Shown here: piece by piece, positions 22,957 to 31,971 of the stretch | How the letters are laid out: every line of letters starts with the position of its first letter | How positions within the stretch are numbered: the stretch's first letter is position 1 | Assembly (NCBI GenBank): GCA_020436145.1 | Contig: JAGQYJ010000003.1 | Span: 9,681 to 62,002, forward strand | Source of the DNA: Cyclobacteriaceae bacterium | Lineage (GTDB): Bacteria; Bacteroidota; Bacteroidia; Cytophagales; Cyclobacteriaceae | Direction: 5' to 3' | DNA length: 52,322 nucleotides | Made by a program: the position numbers and the translations under genes | Notes under the pieces: model-generated | The model's database searches: none | What the model was told of the DNA's origin: nothing | What the model saw: only the letters and a program-made list of their open reading frames with translations

Positions 22957-23385
22957 TTATTTTTTTGAAAGATGTACCTGCACATCTCTGTAAATAAGAT
23001 AACCAAGAAATACTTCAGCAGTTCCGAATACTAAAAATGCGGACTGTAGTCGATGGCTAAACCCTATCCAGTAAATCTGAAGTACTACCCAGGCGATAAG
23101 AATGGCTCCCATGGCCATTCCAAAAACACCGGAGATATGTCTTTTTGCAAATGAGATAATAGCGGCCAGAATATTTCCCAGTCCATGTACTATAAGAAGG
23201 AACAGGCCGGGATACCAATAGTCTTTAAATGGCGATTCATGCAATAATCTCAAGGAAATACCATCTGTTCTACCACTGGGGTCCATACACATTCCAATGC
23301 CCCCGATAATAGCTCCAACGGCTATAATAGATTGAAGAATACCTAGTACCAGAAAATAACTTTTTATGGATTCTTCTTCTTCCAT
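22957..23385 (-). CDS. hypothetical 4-TM membrane protein
   Basis: 142 aa with four hydrophobic segments. No recognisable motif. Confidence 0.5.
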   Translation of the reverse strand: MEEEESIKSYFLVLGILQSIIAVGAIIGGIGMCMDPSGRTDGISLRLLHESPFKDYWYPGLFLLIVHGLGNILAAIISFAKRHISGVFGMAMGAILIAWVVLQIYWIGFSHRLQSAFLVFGTAEVFLGYLIYRDVQVHLSKK

Positions 23386-23465
23386 AGCAATGCACGACTA
23401 TTGATTAGTAATACAAGTTTACATAAGAAAGTACAATTTTCTAAACTTTCCTCCCTGGCGTAAAC

Positions 23466-23822
23466 TTACTGAGAGATGACGTATTCCTCTACCACCTTAC
23501 CCCCAATCAGGTGCTCCTGAATTATTTGTTCCAGTACATTAGGCGTACATGAATGGTACCAGACACCTTCAGGATAGACAACAGCAATGGGCCCTTTCAT
23601 GCAAACACGCAGGCAATTGGCCTTTGTGCGGTAAATGCCTCCTTCACCGGAAAGGTTGAGTTCTGCTAAGCGTTTTTTCAGAAATTTCCATGACTCCAAC
23701 CCCTTCTTTTTGGGTGCACACTTGGCATCTGAAGGATCGGCACAAATGAAAATATGACGCTTAACAGAACTTAAATAAAGTTCTTCTGCTTTATTGTCGA
23801 GCTTTTTGTTTTTAGTAGCCAT
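23466..23822 (-). CDS. thioredoxin-like [2Fe-2S] ferredoxin family protein
   Basis: 118 aa. The pattern ..[18 protein letters not shown].. and ..[21 protein letters not shown].. gives a C-x7-C ... C-x3-C arrangement, typical of Trx-fold 2Fe-2S ferredoxins. Confidence 0.65.
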   Translation of the reverse strand: MATKNKKLDNKAEELYLSSVKRHIFICADPSDAKCAPKKKGLESWKFLKKRLAELNLSGEGGIYRTKANCLRVCMKGPIAVVYPEGVWYHSCTPNVLEQIIQEHLIGGKVVEEYVISQ

Positions 23823-24598
23823 TAGAAACCTCTTAAATAAACTGATACAAGAGAATCCTGGTCGAGCTTGCTATTATAAAAACCCCTGTTCTGAGCCCAT
23901 TTACCATAAGTAGGATTCGGGAGTACAATGTATTTGCTTCCAAACTTTGAGAGATTCTCTTTTACAGCATTAGCCCGTGCATTTATATCTTCTGTTTCAA
24001 ATTGGGCAGACATGTCGTCCAGATTATCGCCCAAAAACAAGGCAATTTCAAATCCTTGCTCCAGCACTTTATTTCTTCGTTCTTCTTTGCTTGATGTAGT
24101 AGTTTTTAAGTAAATATGAGCACTGTCGGCCTGAGGGTAACCATACTTCTTAAGATTGTTGATGGTGGCATTAAGGTAACGGGCATCTCGGTTAGAAATA
24201 TAGAAAATGACTATTCCTAAAGAATCGGCATGCCGAAAAAATGCCAGCGAGCCCGGTATTGGTTGTGCTTCTTCTTTATGAATCCATTCATCCCAGTAAT
24301 CAGGGTAGTTGATATTGTCCAGTACTTCCTTAGCCTGATAAGGGCTATTGTCCAAAACCGTTTCATCTATATCCGTAACAATGGCCAGGGGTTGGGTTGC
24401 TGATGCCAGGCTTTCGTTAAGAGCAATAGTGGCCATGTTATAGGCTTGCTCAGCAAGGGCCACATATTCCGGGGCCTGTTGAACGTACAGCGTTGCCATA
24501 ATATTTCGTTTGTGAACATCAGTTGCATGTTCATGAGTTACAGGCTGGCAACCGGCAAACCCTGCAAAGACTAAAAAGTATAGGATGGTTTTTCTCAT
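23822..24598 (-). CDS. class C acid phosphatase / 5'-nucleotidase, lipoprotein e(P4) family (HAD superfamily)
   Basis: Lipoprotein signal (..[10 protein letters not shown]), the DDDD-type motifs [12 protein letters not shown] and FLGDNLDD, and a 1-nt TAATG overlap with the ferredoxin gene. Confidence 0.85.
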   Translation of the reverse strand: MRKTILYFLVFAGFAGCQPVTHEHATDVHKRNIMATLYVQQAPEYVALAEQAYNMATIALNESLASATQPLAIVTDIDETVLDNSPYQAKEVLDNINYPDYWDEWIHKEEAQPIPGSLAFFRHADSLGIVIFYISNRDARYLNATINNLKKYGYPQADSAHIYLKTTTSSKEERRNKVLEQGFEIALFLGDNLDDMSAQFETEDINARANAVKENLSKFGSKYIVLPNPTYGKWAQNRGFYNSKLDQDSLVSVYLRGF

Positions 24599-24625
24599 AG
24601 TTTTAAATTGTTAACACTAACAAAT

Positions 24626-25948
24626 TTAAAACTCTGCACTCATAAGGTCACCACTAAACTGCAATAATGCTAACTCGGCTATTTTGGCACTGTATTTTGC
24701 CCGATTAAAATTTAGCTGAGCATTAAGAAGATTTAGCTGCGCTTGCCTGAATTCGATAGAGGTAACCTGACCTAATGTGTACTGCTCTTGCGTACGGCTG
24801 AAGTTACGCTGGTTGGTTGCAAGGTTGGTCCGTTCTGCCTCCAGCACAAAAAGAGCTGTTTGATAAACCGTCCAGGCGTTACTTACATTTCTCTCTACTT
24901 CCATTCGGGTTTGGTCTGCACTTATTTGCTGATTTTCCAGGGCAATTTTTGCATTTTGTTTGCGCGTACTTGTAAGTCCTCCATCAAAAATATTCCAGCT
25001 TAGGCTGGCCCCAAGCGTTGGTCCCCATTGGTCTTGTGTATTAAAAATAGAGGTAGCTCCCAAATTGTTATGTAACCAACTATAGGAAGCGCTTAATCCA
25101 ATTTTAGGAATGGAGCTAGCTCCGGTTATTTTTAAATCGTATTCAGCATTTGCCAAGCTGCTTTGTTCCTGCAAAACATTTACATTACCGGTCCGGGCCT
25201 TCTCCATCAGGTTTTCTTTCTCTAGCCCGCTTGCGTAAACAAGTGTAGTATCTACAATAAAAGAAATATTTACCTGACGGCCAAGCAGCAGATTAAGGTT
25301 ACGTTTCTCATTTTCAAGTTGCTGGGTAAGTGTCAAATAATTAATACTATCGTTATTATAATCTACTTCGGCATTAAGCACATCGAGTTGCGTGTTTTGC
25401 CCATAATCGAAACTATAGCTGGCGCGTGTAAGCCGCTCCCTGCTTATATTAAGACTTTGCTTTTGTGTATTCACATTTTGGGTGAGCCTGGCAATTTCGT
25501 AGTAAACATTAAACAGGTTCAAAAGCGTATTTTCGACTACCAGCCTTGCCTGTAGTTCACTCAGTCTATAGGTTTCCTTAAGTTTTTTGAACGCATATTC
25601 TCTTCCAAGCCCATCAAACACTGAATAATTCAATCCAACAGAAGCATTATATCGAGAGGTGTTTACCCCACTTGCTGATTGAACATCTCCGGTTTGTAAC
25701 TCAAACTCTGAATCTGTAATTGAATAATTGGCGCTTCCGTTGGCAGAAAGAGAGGGAAGGTATCCGCTGTTTTTTATGTCGGCATTATTTTCTGCAATAG
25801 ATACATTATTATCTGCTGTTCTTATATCGAAGTTATTTTCCAGCGCAATAGAAACAGCCTCTTTTTTAGTGAGCAACTCCTGCCCATAGGCAGATGCAAA
25901 TCCACCAAAAAATATAATGCACAAGAAGTAGATATATTTATAGATCAT
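24626..25948 (-). CDS. TolC-family outer-membrane efflux protein
   Basis: 440 aa with a signal peptide and two-repeat OMF architecture. It is the last gene of the marR-MFP-RND-OMF array and overlaps the RND gene by 11 nt. Confidence 0.85.
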   Translation of the reverse strand: MIYKYIYFLCIIFFGGFASAYGQELLTKKEAVSIALENNFDIRTADNNVSIAENNADIKNSGYLPSLSANGSANYSITDSEFELQTGDVQSASGVNTSRYNASVGLNYSVFDGLGREYAFKKLKETYRLSELQARLVVENTLLNLFNVYYEIARLTQNVNTQKQSLNISRERLTRASYSFDYGQNTQLDVLNAEVDYNNDSINYLTLTQQLENEKRNLNLLLGRQVNISFIVDTTLVYASGLEKENLMEKARTGNVNVLQEQSSLANAEYDLKITGASSIPKIGLSASYSWLHNNLGATSIFNTQDQWGPTLGASLSWNIFDGGLTSTRKQNAKIALENQQISADQTRMEVERNVSNAWTVYQTALFVLEAERTNLATNQRNFSRTQEQYTLGQVTSIEFRQAQLNLLNAQLNFNRAKYSAKIAELALLQFSGDLMSAEF

Positions 25949-28900
25949 AGTGTTCCGATTTTTGTTCGATTATGGCCCTTTCAACCTCTTCTCTTGAAGG
26001 TTTGGTGCCGGATTTAAACCAATGCCAATGTACTTTCAGATAATTACCTGTTGAAAGCATTAACGGCAACATTACCAGCGTAAGAACGGTTGACATGATA
26101 ATTCCATAGGCTATGGAAATTGCCATTGGAATTAAGAACTTGGCCTGACGGCTGGTTTCAAAAATAAGTGGCGCCATTCCTGCCACGGTCGTAATAGATG
26201 TTAGGAAAATAGCCCTGAACCTGGATTTTCCGGCAGCAAAAAGCGCTTCGTTGTACTCCATGCCTTCTTTCAGATATCCATTGAACTTGCCTATTAGCAC
26301 AAGACCATCGTTTACAACAATTCCAATCAGGGCGATAATGCCCAAAAATGATAGCATATTAATGGAATACCCGTGGATCCAGTGCCCCCAGGCCACACCA
26401 ATAAGGCTAAAGGGTATCATCAGCATCAGCATAAGCGGCTGACTGAATGATCTGAAAGTAAAAGCAATGATTACGAAAATCAGGAAGACAATAACTGGTA
26501 AAACGGCATTTGCCGAGCTGGCTGTTTTTGCAGCCTCCCTGTTTTGTCCTTCAAAAACAGGGTTAACATTGGGGTAGTTTGCCAGCATGACCGGAAGCAT
26601 ACCGGCTTTTATATCTGCCATAACTTCCGTAGCACTTGTGTTCGGATCTTTCAGGTCAGCATCCACGCGTATCTCCCGTTTTCCATCCAGGTGATTAATA
26701 GATATTTCTCCCCGTTCAATTTCATAATCCGCTATTTCGCTAAAAGGCACCCTCACACCAGAAGGGCTTACCACACGCATATCATCCAAGTTTTTAATGG
26801 ACGAACGCTCCTCTCTGTCGTATCGCACCCAAACACGTATTTCATCACGCCTGCGCTGGAATCGCTGCACCTGGTGTCCAAAGAATCCGCTGCGCACCTG
26901 GGAAATGACATTGCTTAGCTGAAAACCCATAGCATAAGCTTCATCCTTTAACGTGATTTTGATTTCCTTTATGCCAAGCGGGTCATTGTCCGAAACGTCC
27001 TTGAGCAGGGCATTGCTTTTTAACCCTTCCTTCAGGAATTCCTTAGCTGCTTTGAGCTCATCTATGTTATTACTTATAAGTGAAATAGATATGGGCTTTC
27101 CACCAAAGTTGCTTCCCGAGCCAAACTCAACACTTTCGGCCCCATAAACCGGCCCAACTTTATTATTGATAGCCGTTGCAATTTCTGATGCGGCAAAATC
27201 TCTGCTTTCACCTGGCAATAAGTCGAGCAGTAAGGAGGCATTGGCTGTTCCCGGGCCAATGTTTTTAATGATACTTTGAATTACCTGCCTGTTGCCGGTT
27301 TGTCTTTCCGTAAATTCATCATTTACGTTCCACGAGACATCCTCTATATAAGATACGATGGAATCCGTAATCTTTTCATTGGTTCCCTGAGGCATATTCA
27401 GCGTAATCGTAATCCTGTCACTGGCAATCTGAGGGAAAAAGGTAAACCGTATTATTCCTGCGCCTAATGATCCCATGGTGAGCAAAAGCAACGTAAGTGG
27501 GATAGCGAGTCCCAGGAATTTATTATTGAGGAAGAACTGCAAATAAGGCCCATATACGCGGTCACGCATCCAGCTCATAATGCTGTTTCCTATTTTGTTA
27601 AACCAGTAAGTTTTTTGCTCATTTGTGAGCGCTTTGGAATGGGCAACGTGAGCCGGAAGTATCGTAAGGGCCTCTACAAGCGAAAGCCCTAGTGTAAGAA
27701 TAACAATTATAGCTACTTCACCAAAAAACTCACCTACCCGGCCATCCAGGAAGAAGAAGGTTGCAAACGCCACCAGCGTAGTTAAAATGGCCGATGTGAT
27801 TGGAGATATAACTTCCATCGTTCCATCAATAGCTGCTCTAATAGGCGGCTTGCCCAATTCGTGATGGTGGTAAATATTTTCAGCAATTACAATTCCATCG
27901 TCCACCAGAATACCAACAACGATAATCATCCCAAAAAGCGAAAGAACATTGATGGTTACGTTAAAATACCCGGCCACCATAAACATTCCAAGAAAAGAAA
28001 TGGGTAATCCGAAGGCAACCCAGAAAGCCAGCCTTGGCTTTAAGAACAAGGCAAGAAAAAACAATACAAGGAGCAACCCAAAAACACCGTTTTTGACAAG
28101 CAGCTTTGTTCGCTCCATAATTCGTAGTGAAGCATCGCGTGTAATGCTGAGCTGTACATTTTGATGTGTTGCATTAAACTTATCAATGTAGTTTCGTGTG
28201 TTTTCTGCTACAGAAAGCAGGTCTTCTGAGTTGGTAGTATTTACCTGAATTCTAACAGAGGGTTGGCCATTGTAGTAAGCCCTGTTGGGATTTTCAGACC
28301 ACCTGTCGCGAACGGTGGCAATATCTCCAAGCCTTATCTTATTGCCCGATTCATCTGCTTTAACTACTATGTAATTTAACTCTTCGCCATGGTACGAACG
28401 GTTATTTACGCGTATCAGGTATTCTTCCTGCTCTGTTTTGATAGAGCCACCTGTTACCAAAATGTTGGTAGAGGAAACGGCATTGGCTACCTCCTGAAAA
28501 GTAAGATCATAAGCCCTGAGCTTTTCTTCATTAACGGCTATTTCAATTTCTTCGGCAGGATAGCCGGATACCTCTACTTGTGAAATTCCATCAATACTTC
28601 GCAAGTCAGTTTCAATTTCCCTTGCAATTTTCTTCAGCGACAGCAGCGAAACATCTTTGCCACTGACCACAAACGATACGGCTTCTGTCCTGAAAATACT
28701 TTTGGAAATAACCGGAGGTTCCATTCCAACGGGAAAAGAAGGCACTTTATCTACGGCATTTTTGATGTCGGCCAATACAACGTCCACATCATATCCTTTC
28801 AATATTTCAACCGATATTACTGCAGAGTTTTCTGATGAAGTAGAGGTGAAACGATCAACCCCGATAAGCCCGCGTATATTGTCCTCAATTTTAAGTACCA

Positions 28901-29090
28901 CACCTTCCTCCATTTCCTGAGGAGAAGCACCGGGATAGGCTACCTGGATAGTCACAATCCTTGATTCGTTCAGCGGGAAAAATGAGGACTTCAACGAAAG
29001 AGCTCCCATAATCCCCAATACAAAGAACCCCAGTATTACTACATTAACAGCTGCAGGGTACTTGATAAAGTGGGTAATAACTTTCCTCAT
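25938..29090 (-). CDS. RND efflux transporter permease (AcrB/HAE1-like)
   Basis: 1050 aa with 12 TM helices and two large periplasmic loops. The N-terminal block is typical (..FIKYPAAVNVVILGFFVLGIMGALSLKSSFFP..). Confidence 0.92.
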   Translation of the reverse strand: MRKVITHFIKYPAAVNVVILGFFVLGIMGALSLKSSFFPLNESRIVTIQVAYPGASPQEMEEGVVLKIEDNIRGLIGVDRFTSTSSENSAVISVEILKGYDVDVVLADIKNAVDKVPSFPVGMEPPVISKSIFRTEAVSFVVSGKDVSLLSLKKIAREIETDLRSIDGISQVEVSGYPAEEIEIAVNEEKLRAYDLTFQEVANAVSSTNILVTGGSIKTEQEEYLIRVNNRSYHGEELNYIVVKADESGNKIRLGDIATVRDRWSENPNRAYYNGQPSVRIQVNTTNSEDLLSVAENTRNYIDKFNATHQNVQLSITRDASLRIMERTKLLVKNGVFGLLLVLFFLALFLKPRLAFWVAFGLPISFLGMFMVAGYFNVTINVLSLFGMIIVVGILVDDGIVIAENIYHHHELGKPPIRAAIDGTMEVISPITSAILTTLVAFATFFFLDGRVGEFFGEVAIIVILTLGLSLVEALTILPAHVAHSKALTNEQKTYWFNKIGNSIMSWMRDRVYGPYLQFFLNNKFLGLAIPLTLLLLTMGSLGAGIIRFTFFPQIASDRITITLNMPQGTNEKITDSIVSYIEDVSWNVNDEFTERQTGNRQVIQSIIKNIGPGTANASLLLDLLPGESRDFAASEIATAINNKVGPVYGAESVEFGSGSNFGGKPISISLISNNIDELKAAKEFLKEGLKSNALLKDVSDNDPLGIKEIKITLKDEAYAMGFQLSNVISQVRSGFFGHQVQRFQRRRDEIRVWVRYDREERSSIKNLDDMRVVSPSGVRVPFSEIADYEIERGEISINHLDGKREIRVDADLKDPNTSATEVMADIKAGMLPVMLANYPNVNPVFEGQNREAAKTASSANAVLPVIVFLIFVIIAFTFRSFSQPLMLMLMIPFSLIGVAWGHWIHGYSINMLSFLGIIALIGIVVNDGLVLIGKFNGYLKEGMEYNEALFAAGKSRFRAIFLTSITTVAGMAPLIFETSRQAKFLIPMAISIAYGIIMSTVLTLVMLPLMLSTGNYLKVHWHWFKSGTKPSREEVERAIIEQKSEHYDL

Positions 29091-29095
29091 AATTC

Positions 29096-30214
29096 CTACT
29101 TTCCGTCTTGAATATTAACTTCCATACCTGAATAGGCACCGGCAATGGGCCTGGAGACCAATTGCATTCCATCATCTAATCCACGAACAACAACTGATTC
29201 CAGGTTCTTGTGGACAATGCTAACAGGGATAATTTGTAGCTTATTCTCCTTTACCACAAAAACTTTTGTGCCGTCAACTAAAAGCCCGTTTGGGATCTCG
29301 TATGCATCTTTCACAGGATTTCCGGTGATATTGGCTTCCAGGTACATCCCTTCTTTCAGGTCGCTGGCTGATATTTGAATATAAACCTTAACTGTTTGTG
29401 TGGAAGCATCTACTTTCCCATTGATTCGGGTTATAGTACCTTTCCAAACCTTGGAATCACCGCTATTTTCATTTCTCACGGTCACGTTTTCTCCAATGGA
29501 TACAGAGGCCATATCAGATTTGCTTACGGAAACCTCCATTTCATAAATACTGGGATCAATAAATTCGCCTAATTTTTGACCCTGACGAACTACTGTGCCG
29601 GGTGTAACCATAGCATCGGTAAGAATGCCATTAAACGGAGCCCGAATAGAATATTTAGCGTACACTATTTCAAGATTTTTTGTGTTGTAGTAAGTTGTGT
29701 AAATGTTTTTACCCGTGATAAAAAACTTTTCTTTATCTGAGCCTGGCTGGGGCAATTCCCCAATAGGCTTATGCATGTCAAAATTTCTAAGGTATTCATC
29801 CCAGCGAACATAAGCATCCGGGTAGTCGAGTCTTAGATCTGGTAAAATACTGGTTATCAGGTTTTGAAGCACACTTTTTTGTGCCTGGAGATTAGCATAG
29901 AAATCATTGTCCCTGATTTTTACCAGCACTTCTCCCTTACTATAATGTGCACCGGGTTTAAACTCTTTGGAAGTTGCCTCCATAACACCCTGAACTTCTG
30001 AATAGATTTCTATTCTATTTTTAGCAGAAAGTCTTCCGCTTTCTATTATAGTAATGGGCACATCATGGTTTAGTACTTCCTCTGTATAAACCGTTTGAAG
30101 CACCTTAGCTTCCTGGGGTGCTTTTTTCTTCTTTTTATTTACAAGAAGATTATAGGTATACGCCCCACCTAAAATGATGAGTAAACCAATAATTATAGAT
30201 ACACTTTTTTTCAT
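29096..30214 (-). CDS. RND periplasmic adaptor (membrane fusion protein, HlyD_D23 type)
   Basis: 372 aa with an N-terminal anchor plus lipoyl, hairpin and beta-barrel pattern. It lies directly upstream of the RND pump. Confidence 0.85.
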   Translation of the reverse strand: MKKSVSIIIGLLIILGGAYTYNLLVNKKKKKAPQEAKVLQTVYTEEVLNHDVPITIIESGRLSAKNRIEIYSEVQGVMEATSKEFKPGAHYSKGEVLVKIRDNDFYANLQAQKSVLQNLITSILPDLRLDYPDAYVRWDEYLRNFDMHKPIGELPQPGSDKEKFFITGKNIYTTYYNTKNLEIVYAKYSIRAPFNGILTDAMVTPGTVVRQGQKLGEFIDPSIYEMEVSVSKSDMASVSIGENVTVRNENSGDSKVWKGTITRINGKVDASTQTVKVYIQISASDLKEGMYLEANITGNPVKDAYEIPNGLLVDGTKVFVVKENKLQIIPVSIVHKNLESVVVRGLDDGMQLVSRPIAGAYSGMEVNIQDGK

Positions 30215-30687
30215 ATTTCTTTCTGGTTCAGTGAGACTGTCATCTCTGCTGGTTGAATATTTTTACTTAAACTTTTTAACACTTTTATAGTTGTCTCCAT
30301 TTCGGATACGGAAATTTCACCATGAATAGTCTCGATAACTTCATGGAGAACCGGAATTGCTTTTTCCATTATCTTTCGGCCATAACTTGTAATGAATATA
30401 TGGTTAATTCTCCTGTCATTTTCGCACACCTTTCGCTGTACCATTTCCTTCTTTTCCATGGTGCTTATAAGCCTTGCCAGGGAAGCTTTGTCACGATTAG
30501 TTAAAAAAGCCAGATTATGTTGAGGTTGTCCATCGTTTTCTGCAAGTTTCTTAAGCAGTATAAATTGAACTTTGGTCAGCTCAATTCCGTGCGTATGAAA
30601 ACATTCTGAAATGAAGTAGTCCACACCTTTGCTGGCTCTTCCCAGCCAGGGCAATATGGATTGATCTATATCGGACAATAATTTCAT
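30211..30687 (-). CDS. MarR-family transcriptional regulator
   Basis: 158 aa with a winged-helix core (..LTKVQFILLKKLAENDGQPQHNLAFLTNRDKASLARLISTMEKKEMVQRKV..NDRR..). It overlaps the MFP gene by 4 nt (ATGA). Confidence 0.85.
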   Translation of the reverse strand: MKLLSDIDQSILPWLGRASKGVDYFISECFHTHGIELTKVQFILLKKLAENDGQPQHNLAFLTNRDKASLARLISTMEKKEMVQRKVCENDRRINHIFITSYGRKIMEKAIPVLHEVIETIHGEISVSEMETTIKVLKSLSKNIQPAEMTVSLNQKEI

Positions 30688-30704
30688 AGCCTAAAAACGG
30701 ACAG

Positions 30705-30712
30705 CAAAACTA
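30705..30712 (-). promoter_or_regulatory. Bacteroidota-type -7 box (TAGTTTTG on minus strand) for the marR-RND operon
   Basis: Plus strand CAAAACTA equals TAGTTTTG on the minus strand, an exact TAnnTTTG match 17 nt before the marR ATG. Confidence 0.45.
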
Positions 30713-30730
30713 AATCATAAGCTTTTAAAT

Positions 30731-30744
30731 GTTGCATGTGCAAC
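30731..30744. promoter_or_regulatory. inverted repeat GTTGCA-tg-TGCAAC, candidate MarR operator overlapping the -33 region
   Basis: Perfect 6-bp arms read directly. It lies 19-32 nt upstream of the -7 box on the minus strand and contains a TTG in the expected -33 position. Confidence 0.4.
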
Positions 30745-30813
30745 TAGATATTTTTTATTATAAAAGAATAATAATTTATTGTTAAACAATAATGCATTGA
30801 TTAACAGTTAAAT

Positions 30814-30821
30814 TACATTTG
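30814..30821 (+). promoter_or_regulatory. Bacteroidota-type -7 box (TACATTTG) upstream of the DUF2975 gene
   Basis: Exact TAnnTTTG match 95 nt before ATG 30917. The distance is rather long. Confidence 0.3.
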
Positions 30822-30916
30822 TGCTACAAGGGAAATATTCCTTTCAGGAATCTGCTAAAGTCCTTAGTTTCTTTTTTGCTAATTTGGGGCGCATATTCTT
30901 ACATTAATTCTGTGAA

Positions 30917-31540
30917 ATGGGAAATTATAAGATCTTAAAAATCACACGAAGTATACTAAATGTTTACTGGTACCTGCAGTTGCTCCTTATTGCCACTATT
31001 GTGATCATTGGCTTTCTTTTGTTCTTTAATGTTGATTTTATAAACCTCAACTACCTGAACGGGTTTAGAATTCATTTTTCAAGAATCAATTTTACTGAGC
31101 CTCTGTTGTATAACGGTACAGAATATAAGTTTTCACTGACCAATGGAGATGGCCGGCTACACATAGATGATTTGAACCAAAAGTTTGTTTATTTAAGAAT
31201 GTTGGCAGCTTTTGTTCATTCAGCTATTTATTTAATGATCATTTATTTTTTGCGTAAGATATTCAAAAACCTTACGGAGAATGAATATTTTATACCTGCA
31301 AATGGTATGTACATTAAGAAAATAGCACTGTCCATAATTCTATTGTCCCTGATTCCTGAACTTATCCACTATTTAACAGACAGGTGGATACTTCAGTCCA
31401 TTCAGTTTAGCAATGTGATGATAAAAAATGAATTTAATGTGGACTTTCAAACAATCCTGCTTGGATTACTTGTCTTTGTAATAAGCATAATATTCTTAAG
31501 AGGAATTGAATTAAGAGAAGATCAAAAATTGACCATTTAA
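30917..31540 (+). CDS. DUF2975-family membrane protein
   Basis: 207 aa with 4-5 TM segments, AT-rich. It is immediately followed (0-nt spacer) by a YozG-type HTH gene, which is the classic DUF2975 + HTH pairing. Confidence 0.65.
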   Translation: MGNYKILKITRSILNVYWYLQLLLIATIVIIGFLLFFNVDFINLNYLNGFRIHFSRINFTEPLLYNGTEYKFSLTNGDGRLHIDDLNQKFVYLRMLAAFVHSAIYLMIIYFLRKIFKNLTENEYFIPANGMYIKKIALSIILLSLIPELIHYLTDRWILQSIQFSNVMIKNEFNVDFQTILLGLLVFVISIIFLRGIELREDQKLTI

Positions 31541-31765
31541 ATGCCAATCATTACCAACCTGGATGTAGTATTAGCCAAACGCAAGATGTCTCTGACAGAG
31601 TTATCCGAGCGAGTAGGTATCACCATTGCGAACCTGTCTATCCTGAAGAGTGGAAAAGCGAGAGCCATCCGTTTTTCTACCCTGGAGCTGATTTGTAACG
31701 AACTCGAATGCCAGCCAGGCGATCTTTTTGAGTTTGTCAACGAGGAGGCAAATGCGGAAGTTTAG
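31541..31765 (+). CDS. small Xre/YozG-type helix-turn-helix transcriptional regulator
   Basis: MPIITNLDVVLAKRKMSLTELSERVGITIANLSILKSGKARAIRFSTLELICNELECQPGDLFEF is the conserved HTH_26-type sequence. Confidence 0.85.
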   Translation: MPIITNLDVVLAKRKMSLTELSERVGITIANLSILKSGKARAIRFSTLELICNELECQPGDLFEFVNEEANAEV

Positions 31766-31924
31766 TTGAAGCATAAATTCTAATTACCGTTTAATTAGGG
31801 AGAGCAATTGGTAGTTGCATCATTTACTACCGAGGAATGCGCTAGTAGCTAACCAGTTAATTTATAGTTAATAAAAAATTATCGAAAAACAATAATAAAT
31901 CGTTGTTTAAAGGAAAAACGAAAT

Positions 31925-31932
31925 TATATTTG
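31925..31932 (+). promoter_or_regulatory. Bacteroidota-type -7 box (TATATTTG) upstream of the peptidase operon
   Basis: Exact TAnnTTTG match 39 nt before ATG 31972, with a TTG about 20 nt further upstream. Confidence 0.45.
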
Positions 31933-31971
31933 TCATTAAAGTTTTTTCTGAGAAGTTTCAATAAATAAATT

